NCBI GenBank assembly: GCA_903867985.1
Contig: CAIPTO010000072.1
Span: forward strand, 3,590 to 67,589
From: an uncultured Elusimicrobia bacterium
GTDB taxonomy: Bacteria > Elusimicrobiota > Elusimicrobia > Elusimicrobiales > UBA9959
Direction: 5' to 3'
Length of the DNA: 64,000 nt
A model generated the notes under the pieces. It saw only the letters and a program-made list of their open reading frames with translations. It was not told where the DNA came from and did not search any database. Below, in pieces: positions 25,937 through 35,270 of this stretch (position 1 is its first letter; every line of letters begins with the position of its first letter). The position numbers and the translations under genes are program-made.

Positions 25937-28137
25937 AACCGCAAAAAACCACGAGTCTGATCAAGCAGATAGCGCTAAGAATAATATTCCTCCCGCTTAT
26001 CTTCGCTTTTCTTTTTCTGGTCACAGGCACAATAATCGTTAAGACAATGTTCACTCCCCTTGACCTGGAGGCGGTCGTCACCGACCAGCTACAGGGGCTC
26101 TTTAAAAGACCGGTCCAGATAGACTCCGCGAGGCTCTCGCTTACAGGCGAGATAAAGATAAAGGGGCTGAGGGTGATAGAGCCCGGACCGGAAGCTTTAA
26201 ACTTTGTGACCGCCGACTACATTTTTGCCACCTACCGCCTGGCGCCGCTTTTAAACCGCAGGATAGTAATAAACAGCATAATTCTGGTCTCCCCTAAAAT
26301 CGAACTCATAAAAAAATCTTCCTGCAGCTGGAATTTTTCCGATATCCTGGACGCTTATAGCCAGCCATCCGTTAAAAAAAACCGCCTGAATAAGATAGCC
26401 TCGGCTGAGATAAGGGAAGGAGTCATAAACCTTCGCTACCCCGGGGCAAAAACCGCCTACTCGTTCGAAAACGTAAATCTTACCCTTAAAGATTTTAAAC
26501 CAGCCGCAGATACGCCCTTCTACCTGTCTGTTTTCTTTAAGCGAAAGGCGCTGGGCAAAGACCTGACAGGGCGCATCTACGCCGAAGGGGTAGTAAACTT
26601 CAGCGACTTCAATATGGCCAGGGCTGAAGCGAAGGATTTGGCTGTAACGTTCTCGGTTTTGAACAAATCTTTCAAGGCCGAAGGTTCAGTAAAGAATTTC
26701 AGGCGGCCAGGCATCGAGCTGACAATCCGCGCAGAGAAACTCGGCAGCTCTGACCTGTCCCCTTTTTTTAAAGGCACGTACGATTTCGCTCTGCCCCCCA
26801 CTCAGTGGCAGCTGAAAGCGCAGATGGCGGAAGACAAAGCGCTTAACATGTCTGTAAATGTAAACCCCCTGAACCTCCGGGCCGACGGCTTTGTTAAATT
26901 TATCAGCAGCCGCACGGCCTATGCATTTACGATTTTTACCCCGCCCTTCAATCTGGCGGGACTAAAAAAGACGGCCCCCGACCTCCCGCTGAACGAGGCC
27001 TCCGGAATCGCCCAGCTCAGACTAAGCGTAAACAATAAGTCCGGAAAGTTCGCAATATCAAAAGTGGTCCTGACCTCCAATAAAGCCAATTTCCTTTACA
27101 AAAATCTGCACTTTGACAACCTGAATCTTTCAGCACTTTTTTCCGAGGGTTTTAAGAATAATTACCTCAACATTCAGGATGGGAAAATGGTGATGTCCGG
27201 TTTCAATATCACGGGCCTTAAAGTAACCACCCAGCTCTCCAGTGAAAAATTCACCGGCGATTACTCGGCCCTCTGGGGCGGAGATCCGATGAAAGGCCGT
27301 ATCGTCATAATCAACCCCCTGACCGACAAGAAAACTGCGGAATTCACCGGCTATTCCCGGCGCCTGAACCTTAAGGAAGGACGCGACTTTCTGCTGGAAC
27401 TTAAAAAAGTGAGAACCCCTGACAAGACCCGACGGCGCTATGAAGCAAATCTGGCCTGGATCAAGACCGTCAAGAACTCCATTCCCACCGGCTTCGCGTA
27501 CTTTCGTCTGCTTTACAAAGCCGACTTCTTAAAACACGAATATATAGACGCGCGCAACTTCTACCTGGCCGCCAATCTCAGGAATATAGCCGGGCAGATA
27601 GAAAAGCTTAAGGGCGACGTTTCCATCCGGTCCGGAGGCGGAACCTTCTACGACGTGCAAAAAATGTCCGAGCAGGACCGCATCTACTACATTTTCTCTC
27701 TGCCGATACTTACAATGTACCGTCTCAACAGGATGGGCGCGCTCAAGTTCGGCTACAAACTCAACGATGTCAACTTCAACTCCATAGGCGGAGACTACAC
27801 GCTGGACTCCGGGAAGATCAATATCCGCAATTTCTATATGGCCGGAAAAGAATTTTCCATATATACCACCGGCACTCTGGACCTCGCGAACGAGAATATT
27901 AAGTTAAAAGTTTATACAATATCAGACAAGTACTATTCCATGGGAAGCCTGCCGGAGACACTTACCGACGCCAGCGGAAAACCGGCCCTTGCCTTCACTA
28001 TTGAAGGCATGATGAATAAGCCTACCATAACCATGATGAGTCCCAGAGAAGCGGGCAGCATCATAGAGGAAGCGATAAAGAAGGGCGTCGAGATGGATCT
28101 GGCGAAGATAAATAATTTTGCGGCGGGAGGCAAGTAA
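25933..28137 (+). CDS. AsmA-like / DUF748-like large envelope protein
   Basis: N-terminal TM anchor, then 700 aa of beta-rich repetitive sequence resembling the AsmA/TamB-like family. Confidence 0.5.
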   Translation: MKPQKTTSLIKQIALRIIFLPLIFAFLFLVTGTIIVKTMFTPLDLEAVVTDQLQGLFKRPVQIDSARLSLTGEIKIKGLRVIEPGPEALNFVTADYIFATYRLAPLLNRRIVINSIILVSPKIELIKKSSCSWNFSDILDAYSQPSVKKNRLNKIASAEIREGVINLRYPGAKTAYSFENVNLTLKDFKPAADTPFYLSVFFKRKALGKDLTGRIYAEGVVNFSDFNMARAEAKDLAVTFSVLNKSFKAEGSVKNFRRPGIELTIRAEKLGSSDLSPFFKGTYDFALPPTQWQLKAQMAEDKALNMSVNVNPLNLRADGFVKFISSRTAYAFTIFTPPFNLAGLKKTAPDLPLNEASGIAQLRLSVNNKSGKFAISKVVLTSNKANFLYKNLHFDNLNLSALFSEGFKNNYLNIQDGKMVMSGFNITGLKVTTQLSSEKFTGDYSALWGGDPMKGRIVIINPLTDKKTAEFTGYSRRLNLKEGRDFLLELKKVRTPDKTRRRYEANLAWIKTVKNSIPTGFAYFRLLYKADFLKHEYIDARNFYLAANLRNIAGQIEKLKGDVSIRSGGGTFYDVQKMSEQDRIYYIFSLPILTMYRLNRMGALKFGYKLNDVNFNSIGGDYTLDSGKINIRNFYMAGKEFSIYTTGTLDLANENIKLKVYTISDKYYSMGSLPETLTDASGKPALAFTIEGMMNKPTITMMSPREAGSIIEEAIKKGVEMDLAKINNFAAGGK

Positions 28138-28138
28138 T

Positions 28139-28735
28139 ATGTCTAAACTTGGAAAATTCGACGTGGTAGGGCTCCTTCAGGAGCATGGCGCTATTTTAAA
28201 CGGACATTTCCAGCTTCCCTCCGGGTTTCACACCCAGACCTACATACAGACTTCGCTGGTCATGCAGTACCCCAACTTGGCGCATAAAGTAGCCAAAGAG
28301 ATGGCTTCTAAATTTCCCCAGGAGATAAATGTGGTGATCTCCCCCTCCGTGGGATCCATGGTCATCGGCCAGGAAGTGGCCCGCGTAAAAAAAGCCCGCT
28401 CCATTTTCACCGAGCGGATAAACGGGGTTATGGTCCTCAAGCGGGATTTCAAGATCGCGGAAGGCGAACGCGTCCTTGTGGTGGATGACGTACTCAACAC
28501 AGGCCGCATGTGTTCCGAAGCCATAAATCTGGCCAGGGGCTACGGGGCTAAAGTTGTAGGCGTCGTTGCCATTGTCGACCGCTCCACCGCGGATCTCACC
28601 CTAAATGTGCCGGTCAGAGGCCTTATCTCATATCCGCTCCAACTTTTCACTCCCGACAACTGTCCGCTGTGCCGGCAGAAAATACCGCTGACCGTGCCGG
28701 GATCCACAATTCATCACGCTCACAATCAGGAATAG
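28139..28735 (+). CDS. pyrE: Orotate phosphoribosyltransferase-like (type I PRTase)
   Basis: The ATG at 28139 follows the upstream stop. PRPP-binding motif VLVVDDVLNTG and an N-terminal GHFQLPSGFH substrate loop. Confidence 0.7.
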   Translation: MSKLGKFDVVGLLQEHGAILNGHFQLPSGFHTQTYIQTSLVMQYPNLAHKVAKEMASKFPQEINVVISPSVGSMVIGQEVARVKKARSIFTERINGVMVLKRDFKIAEGERVLVVDDVLNTGRMCSEAINLARGYGAKVVGVVAIVDRSTADLTLNVPVRGLISYPLQLFTPDNCPLCRQKIPLTVPGSTIHHAHNQE

Positions 28736-28821
28736 GACCAGAAGACAGGAGGATCAACCGTTCAGTAAAACTCCTTATAACTTCCGTTCCTCCGATCTGC
28801 CGGTCTATAATTCTTTGACTT

Positions 28822-29604
28822 ATGAAAACCAGATTTATCGCGTTACTTTCGGATTTCGGCACCAACGGCCCTTATGTCGGTGCGATGAAAGGGGTTATTC
28901 TTTCCAAAGCTCCGTCGCTGACTATTATCGATATCACGCACCAGATACCGCCGCAGGACATACACACAGCGGCTTTTTATCTTATGGCGTCAATGCCCTA
29001 TATGCCTAAGGGCACGCTTTTTATAACGGTAGTGGACCCTACGGTCGGCACCGGACGGGGGATATTGTGGGCTAAGACTAAGAATTATCAGTTCATCGCC
29101 CCTGACAACGGTATTCTGAGCTGGGTGGGGGAGCATGAAAAAATAGAGGAAACCCGCTTTATAAACAATTCGGACCTCTTTCTGCCGCGCATCAGCTCAA
29201 CCTTCCACGGAAGGGACATTATGGCCCCCGTAGCGGCAGCAATAGCCAGAGGCCTTCCGGAAAAAAAGATAGGCCCCCTGCTGGAAGACCACAGGAAATT
29301 TCCTTTCCCGCGCCCTGAAAAGACCGGGAACCGCGTCATGGGCCGCATAATAGCCATGGACCATTTCGGCAACGCGATAACAAATATAACCCAACAGTAT
29401 GTAAACGCTAAGTCTATTTTTACTGTGTCGGACAGGATCATCACAGGACTTAAACTCACCTACGCTTCCGTGGCGGAAGGCGAACCCCTGGCTCTGATCG
29501 GCTCCTTCGGTTTCCTGGAATTCTCCATCAGGAATGGAAATTTCGCACAAACTTTCGGCGTAAAACCAGACAGCGAAGTGGAAGTGATTACTTCCCTGGA
29601 ATGA
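28822..29604 (+). CDS. SAM hydrolase / SAM-dependent halogenase family protein (DUF62, S-adenosyl-L-methionine hydroxide adenosyltransferase)
   Basis: N-terminal LLSDFGTNGPYVGAMKGVI, VVDPTVGT and FHGRDIMAPVAA motifs. Confidence 0.85.
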   Translation: MKTRFIALLSDFGTNGPYVGAMKGVILSKAPSLTIIDITHQIPPQDIHTAAFYLMASMPYMPKGTLFITVVDPTVGTGRGILWAKTKNYQFIAPDNGILSWVGEHEKIEETRFINNSDLFLPRISSTFHGRDIMAPVAAAIARGLPEKKIGPLLEDHRKFPFPRPEKTGNRVMGRIIAMDHFGNAITNITQQYVNAKSIFTVSDRIITGLKLTYASVAEGEPLALIGSFGFLEFSIRNGNFAQTFGVKPDSEVEVITSLE

Positions 29605-29629
29605 CCCCCAAAAAGGACACAAATAGCAT

Positions 29630-30820
29630 ATGCAGAAATCCGCTCTTAAAACTCTTAAACTTAAATTCTCCGGGGAACGGCGTCTCAAGCAGGGCCACCC
29701 CTGGATATTTTCCAACGAACTTGAGAAGATAGACAATACCATTACGCCCGGCGAGATATGCAGTGTAATGCTTAATTCGGGCGCGCCAGCGGGCATCGGT
29801 TTTTTTAACCCGCATAGCCTCATCGCGGTCCGTCTTCTCAAGACCGGATCGCTGGAACTGGAACAGGACTTTGTCCTGAGCCGGCTAAAAAAAGCGATGG
29901 ATTACCGCAAATCTATCGGCGTTATAGAGAACGGGCGGATGTTTTTCGGGGAATCGGACGGTCTGCCGGGCCTGGTGGTTGATAAATACGCCGACGTCCT
30001 GGTGGTGGAGATAATCTCCGCCGGCGCCGAGCTGCTGAAGGACGAAATAACAAAACACCTGCGCTCGCTTTACAAACCCCGCGGCATCTTCTACCGCAAT
30101 ACGCATGAGTTCCGCAACCTCGAAGGCCTTAAACTTTACACGGAGACAGCGTATGGCGACGTCCCGGCATCCGTCCAGATAACGGAAGACGGACTTAAAT
30201 ACGATGTCCCCCTTACCTCAGGTCAGAAAACGGGCTGGTATTTCGACCAGGCGGAGAACCGGACTTTCCTGAAGCCTTACTTCAAGGGGCGAAAAGTCCT
30301 GGACCTTTACACATATCTGGGAGCCTTCGCGCTGACAGCTGCGGCCTCCGGAGCCGAAATGGTCTGGGGCGTGGACTCATCTTCCGCCGCAGCGCAAGCC
30401 GCCGAACGCAACGCGAATCTTAACAACCTGCAGAAAAAAGTCATTTTTAGAAAAGAAGACGCCGAGCGGGTGTTAAGCGGACTTGCGACCGGAGAGATGC
30501 CGGAGCAGCCTGATTTTATACTTCTGGATCCGCCGAATTTCGTCAGGAGCAAGAAAAACCTGGTCCAGGCGGCTAAGCTGCTGGTACGCCTGAACACAAG
30601 CGCCATGGCCGGCTTACCCGCCGGAGGACTGCTGGCATTCTCTTCCTGCTCCCACCACATTTCCCGGAGTATCTTCCTGGAGATCCTCAGTGAAGCCGCC
30701 GCGAAAGCCGGACGCATGGCCATCCTGATGGAACTGCGCGCTCAGGCCAAAGACCATCCGATACTGCTGAATATGCCTGAAACGGAATATCTGCATTTCG
30801 CCCTTATAAAAGTCCTGTAA
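29630..30820 (+). CDS. rlmI: Class I SAM-dependent 23S rRNA (cytosine-C5) methyltransferase, RlmI-like (PUA plus MTase)
   Basis: KQGHPWIFSNEL N-terminus, GLPGLVVDKY, QKTGWYFDQ and LDPPNF motifs. Confidence 0.85.
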   Translation: MQKSALKTLKLKFSGERRLKQGHPWIFSNELEKIDNTITPGEICSVMLNSGAPAGIGFFNPHSLIAVRLLKTGSLELEQDFVLSRLKKAMDYRKSIGVIENGRMFFGESDGLPGLVVDKYADVLVVEIISAGAELLKDEITKHLRSLYKPRGIFYRNTHEFRNLEGLKLYTETAYGDVPASVQITEDGLKYDVPLTSGQKTGWYFDQAENRTFLKPYFKGRKVLDLYTYLGAFALTAAASGAEMVWGVDSSSAAAQAAERNANLNNLQKKVIFRKEDAERVLSGLATGEMPEQPDFILLDPPNFVRSKKNLVQAAKLLVRLNTSAMAGLPAGGLLAFSSCSHHISRSIFLEILSEAAAKAGRMAILMELRAQAKDHPILLNMPETEYLHFALIKVL

Positions 30821-30837
30821 AATACAAAACACGCAAT

Positions 30838-30870
30838 AAAGAACGGCGGGGAATATTCCCGCCGTTCTTT
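30838..30870. terminator. Bidirectional rho-independent terminator between convergent rlmI and a response regulator gene
   Basis: aaagaacggcggg-gaatatt-cccgccgttcttt: a 10-bp GC-rich stem flanked by A-rich and T-rich runs. Confidence 0.8.
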
Positions 30871-30893
30871 ATTTGACCACGTTCAAGGCCGGA

Positions 30894-31265
30894 TCAATAC
30901 AAGATATTTTTTATAACTTTAAGGATTTCGTCCTTGCTGGAGGGCTTGGTGATGTAAGTGCTGGCGCCGTATCCTATCGCCTGCCGGATCTCAGCGATGC
31001 TCCCTTCCACAGTCAGCATGACCACAGGAATAGGTTTTGTGACCGGGTTGGATTTTATCGCCTTACAGGCATTCAGTCCGTCCATTTTAGGCATGTGGAT
31101 GTCCAACATGATAAGAGACGGCAGATCCTTGGCCGCCATTTCAACGGCTTCTTCCCCATTCTCGGCCCTTATGACCTTATAGCCGGAGTCTTCCAATAAC
31201 GACGCGAGACTTTCGCGCATCTCACTGTCATCATCCGCTATAAGGATCTTATTCACGATAGGCAT
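30894..31265 (-). CDS. Single-domain response regulator (CheY-like receiver)
   Basis: ILIADDDSEMRE and LIMLDIHMPKMDG, with conserved T and K positions. Confidence 0.9.
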   Translation of the reverse strand: MPIVNKILIADDDSEMRESLASLLEDSGYKVIRAENGEEAVEMAAKDLPSLIMLDIHMPKMDGLNACKAIKSNPVTKPIPVVMLTVEGSIAEIRQAIGYGASTYITKPSSKDEILKVIKNILY

Positions 31266-31335
31266 TTATTTCCGGATCCGGCTCCCTCGCTTTTCATCAG
31301 GTGGTATTCTGGTGAGGCTTTCAGGGATGTAAAAA

Positions 31336-31407
31336 TGCCGCGAGTTGGGATCGAACCAACGACACCTGGTTTTTCAGACCAGTGCTCTACCACTGAGCTA
31401 CCGCGGC
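31336..31407 (-). tRNA. tRNA-Phe (anticodon GAA), CCA not encoded
   Basis: Cloverleaf folded by hand: acceptor GCCGCGG/TCGCGGC, D-arm GCTC-AGTGGTA-GAGC, anticodon arm CTGGT-CTGAAAA-ACCAG, variable GTGTC, T-arm GTTGG-TTCGATC-CCAAC, discriminator A. Confidence 0.93.
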
Positions 31408-31484
31408 ACCTGTGGTAATTCTACATTGATAATATTAGCATTTTTCGCAAAAGAGATTAAGGGTTCCCGGCAAAAAATAATATT

Positions 31485-32096
31485 TCAGTCTTTGCGCATG
31501 GAGTAAAACTTCTCTTGAGACCGGGCGACAGGCATCTCGCTGACAACCTTAAAGCCCCAATGCTCATATTTTTGGACGTTTTCCGCGGTCTGGGTGATCA
31601 GTGTGCAGGGAAGGCTTTCTTTTTCAGCCCTAGCCAGCATGGGCCTGATAAGCAGAGATGAGAGCTTTTTGTCTCTGAACTGCGGGCGCACGGCCACCAG
31701 GTGCAGGTACCACTGCGGCTTCTGGCCGAGACGCGCTGTCAGCGTGGAAATCACATCGTTAACCGCCCGCAGCTTTTCCATAGTTCCGGGATCTGAGAAA
31801 TCTTGCGCGCTGAAGGGGTCAGGATCAGTGTCCTCCGAGTGGTCCATGCCGGGAGGGAACCAGATACTGACCGCTTCCAGACTCGGGGATATTCCCTGCC
31901 TTACAGCCCTGGGAGAGCAGGAAGTCACGAGTGAACGAAAAAATCGCTTCTTCAGGATGAGATGATCAGGCTCGTTCTGGAACATAAAGTTCCCGATAGG
32001 GTCATTGGCGCCGATGAACGCGTCAACGGTCGCGTCGGCCGCCTCATCTATCCTGCTCAATGGGACTTCATATAAATTTGTGGTAAACACAAGCAA
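31485..32096 (-). CDS. GNAT family N-acetyltransferase
   Basis: Acetyl-CoA binding region HLVAVRPQFRDKKLSSLLIRPMLARAE and a C-terminal YEHWGFKV. Confidence 0.65.
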   Translation of the reverse strand: MLVFTTNLYEVPLSRIDEAADATVDAFIGANDPIGNFMFQNEPDHLILKKRFFRSLVTSCSPRAVRQGISPSLEAVSIWFPPGMDHSEDTDPDPFSAQDFSDPGTMEKLRAVNDVISTLTARLGQKPQWYLHLVAVRPQFRDKKLSSLLIRPMLARAEKESLPCTLITQTAENVQKYEHWGFKVVSEMPVARSQEKFYSMRKD

Positions 32097-32428
32097 TTAT
32101 CGTGAGAGATAAAACACAAGGCAGCGCCCCCCCTCTCACCGTAACCTCCTGCCGCTAAAAAATTGGAAAACAACTCCTTAATCACTATTGTACAAAAGTC
32201 GCAACATTTTATTGAATCTTGCGGAGTTCACGCTGGCCGGGTGAACGGGGCTGCGGCGCGGGAAGGCCGCCTTGGTTTTGTGGTAGAATATTTTATGGAC
32301 TTACTCCTGAGACATGCCGGGACAGCCGCCGTTTCCAGAATACTTCCGCCGAAAGCGGTTTACATCCGCAATTAAAATTCATGATTACGCCCTGCTTGCC
32401 ATTTATTGCTTACTTTACCCCCGCGCAT

Positions 32429-33184
32429 ATGATAATCGATAAGAAACTTCTGGAAGCCACATACGACAGATTCAACCATAAGGAATTCATACATCCTGAC
32501 CCTCTTGAATTTGTTTACCATTATAAGGCGGCCGCAGACCGGGAGGCGGCCGGCTTTATAGCCGCCGCGCTGGCCTACGGAAATGTGACACAGATATTGA
32601 AAAGCGTTGAGAAGGTTATAACGCCCATGGGATCTTCCCCCAGCCGCTGGCTGCTGAAAACCTCACCGCGTGAAATAACCCGGATATTCGCTCCGTTCAA
32701 ACATCGTTTCACCACCGGGCGGGAACTGGCGGTTTTCCTTATTAATATGAAGACAGCTCTGGAGAAGTACCGGTCGCTTGAAAGATGCTTTTTGAAGCAT
32801 TACAAACCGGCCGAGGAAACCCTTGCCGGAGCCATTTACGCCTTCGTGAATGATTTCAATTCCAAGGCCTGCGCGCCCACTTTGACTCCCTGCCCGGAGA
32901 AAAAAAGCTCGTTCAAGCGCCTTAATCTTTTCCTGCGCTGGATGGTCAGAAATGACGAGGTAGATCCGGGAGTCTGGAAGAAAGTCTCCCCCTCAAAACT
33001 GATAATCCCGCTGGACACACATATGTTCCAGGTGGCGAAAACTATGGGGCTGACCGCCAGGAAGGACACATCCATGAAAACAGCTCTTGAGATCACCGCC
33101 GCTTTCCGAAAAGTAAGTCCTCCGGATCCGGTCCGCTACGACTTTTCGCTTACCCGCGCGGGGATAAGGCGAAACAACATTTAA
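32429..33184 (+). CDS. TIGR02757/DUF2400-like family protein
   Basis: DPLEFVYHY...AAALAYGNVTQI and later DTHMFQVA blocks, as I recall for this family. The start could be 32381 or 32429. The 5' extension from 32219 is rejected because its composition is not coding-like. Confidence 0.5.
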   Translation: MIIDKKLLEATYDRFNHKEFIHPDPLEFVYHYKAAADREAAGFIAAALAYGNVTQILKSVEKVITPMGSSPSRWLLKTSPREITRIFAPFKHRFTTGRELAVFLINMKTALEKYRSLERCFLKHYKPAEETLAGAIYAFVNDFNSKACAPTLTPCPEKKSSFKRLNLFLRWMVRNDEVDPGVWKKVSPSKLIIPLDTHMFQVAKTMGLTARKDTSMKTALEITAAFRKVSPPDPVRYDFSLTRAGIRRNNI

Positions 33185-33229
33185 GCTCAATATATTTGTT
33201 AGAATACTCACAGTGATCGGGAGGGAATA

Positions 33230-33802
33230 ATGAAACTAAAAGGCACGCAAACAGAAAAAAACCTGCTCACGGCTTTCGCCGGAGAGTCGCAGGCGAGAAA
33301 CCGCTATACCTACTTCGCGGGCATCGCGAAAAAGGAAGGTTACATACAAATCTTTAAAATATTTGAAGAAACGGCCGAACAGGAAAAAGAGCACGCCAAA
33401 AGATTCTTCAAGTTCCTGGAAGGCGGAGAGGTCCTGGTAGAAGCCGCTTTCCCCGCCGGCGTCCTGGGTACGACCAAGGCCAACCTTAAAGCTTCAGCCG
33501 ACGGCGAGGCTTTTGAGTGGGGCAACCTTTATCCGAGTTTCGCAAAAAAAGCGAGGGAAGAGGGTTTTGAGGCCGTCGCCAAAGTATTTGAAGATATTTC
33601 GGTGGCGGAAAAACAGCACGAAAAAAGGTACCGCGGCCTGCATAAGAATCTTTTGGACGGCAAAGTCTTCAAGAAAGACCATAAAACAGTCTGGCGTTGC
33701 ATCAACTGCGGTTATACGCATGAGGGAGAGCACGCCCCGGAAAACTGCCCGGCCTGCGCGCACCCCAAAGCTTATTTTGAAGTACTCGCGGAGAACTGGT
33801 AA
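33230..33802 (+). CDS. rbr: Rubrerythrin
   Basis: GTQTEKNLLTAFAGESQARNRYTYF di-iron four-helix domain, plus a C-terminal rubredoxin-like CINCGY...CPAC. Confidence 0.95.
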   Translation: MKLKGTQTEKNLLTAFAGESQARNRYTYFAGIAKKEGYIQIFKIFEETAEQEKEHAKRFFKFLEGGEVLVEAAFPAGVLGTTKANLKASADGEAFEWGNLYPSFAKKAREEGFEAVAKVFEDISVAEKQHEKRYRGLHKNLLDGKVFKKDHKTVWRCINCGYTHEGEHAPENCPACAHPKAYFEVLAENW

Positions 33803-33827
33803 CATTCAAAGCGCGGAAACAAGGCGA

Positions 33828-33893
33828 TCTAGCAGTCTAGAGGCAAAGCAGGCCGGCAATTTGGCTAAATCGCGTTACATCCTTGCCTCTTTA
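33828..33893. repeat. AGAGGCAA-type repeat units in direct and inverted orientation
   Basis: tctagcag tctagaggcaaagcaggccggcaat ... ccttgcctcttta. agaggcaa and ttgcctct can pair. Confidence 0.7.
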
Positions 33894-33913
33894 CATCTGA
33901 CATAGGAGGAACT

Positions 33914-34471
33914 ATGGACGAAAATATAAATGAATTAAACGCGGAAGAAAAAAATCAAACTGTAAAGAGGACCGTGACCATGCAGGGCAGGCCGGTGACG
34001 CTTGTGGGCGATGAGATTAAGTTGGGAATGCCAGCCCCGGATTTCAAAGTCACTAACAACGATATGCTGCCGATGAAATTTTCCCGGACCTACAGAGGCA
34101 AGATATCCATCATCTCCGCGGTCCCCTCGCTGGACACCCCAGTCTGCGACCTTGAAACCCGCCGTTTCAACAAAGAGGCCGAACTCCTGGGCCCGGAGGT
34201 GAATGTACTGACCATAAGCATGGATCTGCCGTTCGCCCAGAAGCGCTGGTGCGGGGCGGCCGGAGTAAAAACCGTGCACACTTACTCGGACTACCAGAAA
34301 GCGGATTTCGGCAAGTCCTACGGAGTGCTTATAAAAGAACTGCGGCTCCTGGCACGCGCGATCTTCATAGTGGACAAGGATGGGATAGTGAAATACGTAC
34401 AGATAGTGCCGGAAGTTTCTAAAGAGCCTGATTATGATGCGATTCTGACCGCGCTGAAAGCTTTAGTGTAG
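33914..34471 (+). CDS. tpx: Thiol peroxidase (atypical 2-Cys peroxiredoxin, Tpx)
   Basis: APDFKV..., peroxidatic Cys context VPSLDTPVCDLETRRFN, resolving Cys AQKRWCGA. Confidence 0.9.
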   Translation: MDENINELNAEEKNQTVKRTVTMQGRPVTLVGDEIKLGMPAPDFKVTNNDMLPMKFSRTYRGKISIISAVPSLDTPVCDLETRRFNKEAELLGPEVNVLTISMDLPFAQKRWCGAAGVKTVHTYSDYQKADFGKSYGVLIKELRLLARAIFIVDKDGIVKYVQIVPEVSKEPDYDAILTALKALV

Positions 34472-34555
34472 CGCCAGCACCCATGACAAGTAGTTAGTGG
34501 CGAGTGAAAATCACAGTGATTAGTTAACAGTGGCAGGTCATTTAAGTGTCAGGAA

Positions 34556-34608
34556 CTGCCGAGCTGTATTGCTGTCGTACTGTTACGCTAACGACTAAGC
34601 TGTATCAA
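34556..34608. repeat. About 16-nt periodic repeat units, related to the elements at 45805-45862 and 49291-49395
   Basis: gagctgtattgctgtc gtactgttacgctaac gactaagctgtatc. An exact 15-mer, ttgctgtcgtactgt, is shared with 49337-49351. Confidence 0.65.
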
Positions 34609-34620
34609 GGAGAAAATCAC

Positions 34621-35007
34621 ATGGCTGAGATGAAAGAGATATATAAATGCGACGCCTGCGGCAACATAGTTGAAGTTCTGCACGGCGGCCCCGGCGGCCT
34701 GGTCTGCTGCGGCGCCGACATGCGTCTCTTCTTCGAGAATACCACCGACGCTTCCAAAGAAAAGCACGTGCCGGTCATAGAAAAGACCGCGGCAGGCTAC
34801 AAGGTTAAAGTAGGCGCCGTTCCCCATCCCATGGAGGAGAAGCATTATATAGAGTGGATAGAACTGGTGGCCGACGGCAAGTCCTTCAGGGAGTTCCTGA
34901 AACCGGGCGACGCGCCGGAAGCCGTATTCTGCCTGTGTTTTGAGCCTAAAGAGCTCTACGCGCGTGAATATTGCAATCTTCACGGCCTCTGGAAAGCGCA
35001 AAAATAG
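34621..35007 (+). CDS. dfx: Desulfoferrodoxin (2Fe superoxide reductase)
   Basis: The ATG at 34621 has a GGAGA SD. N-terminal desulforedoxin CDACGN...CCG; C-terminal SOR centre [15 protein letters not shown] and CNLHGLW. Confidence 0.92.
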   Translation: MAEMKEIYKCDACGNIVEVLHGGPGGLVCCGADMRLFFENTTDASKEKHVPVIEKTAAGYKVKVGAVPHPMEEKHYIEWIELVADGKSFREFLKPGDAPEAVFCLCFEPKELYAREYCNLHGLWKAQK

Positions 35008-35038
35008 AGGATAGAGCGGATAATTCAAGGAGACTATT

Positions 35039-35200
35039 ATGAAAAAATATGTATGCAAGCTTTGCGGTTATGTCTATGACCCGCAGCTCGGCGACCCGGA
35101 CAATAATGTTCCTCCCGGCACCCCTTTTGAAAAAGTGCCGGCCACCTGGGTCTGCCCCTTATGCGGGGCGGGCAAAGACGAGTTTGAGCCGGAAAACTAG
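35039..35200 (+). CDS. Rubredoxin (53 aa; not in the supplied ORF track)
   Basis: My own translation gives [53 protein letters not shown], with the two CxxCG knuckles and the conserved aromatic residues. AAGGAGA SD. Confidence 0.93.
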   Translation: MKKYVCKLCGYVYDPQLGDPDNNVPPGTPFEKVPATWVCPLCGAGKDEFEPEN

Positions 35201-35240
35201 AAGCGCCGTAAGCCGGCATGACGGGCTGGCCCGGGATAAA

Positions 35241-35270
35241 CCCTCCTTTTTAAAAGAACGGAGGGTTTTT
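35241..35270 (+). terminator. Rho-independent terminator after rubredoxin
   Basis: ccctcc-(13 nt)-ggaggg followed by ttttt. Confidence 0.7.

Noticed and set aside
28738-28804. Imperfect inverted repeat (gaccagaagacaggaggatc / gttcctccgatctgccggtc) between the pyrE-like gene and the SAM hydrolase gene
   Set aside because: Too many mismatches to call a hairpin or operator with any confidence from sequence alone.
31266-31484. Genomic island or integration site at tRNA-Phe
   Set aside because: There is no integrase, no direct repeat of the tRNA 3' end, and no compositional shift on either side. The flanking genes are ordinary (response regulator, GNAT).
32097-32380. Possible small structured RNA (SRP or 6S-like) in the 284-nt GNAT/TIGR02757 spacer, because of GC-rich segments such as ccgggtgaacggggctgcggcgcgggaaggccgcc
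   Set aside because: I could not identify conserved SRP (GGAA/AGCA symmetric-loop) or 6S architecture. It is probably just a divergent promoter region plus the uncertain 5' end of the downstream gene.
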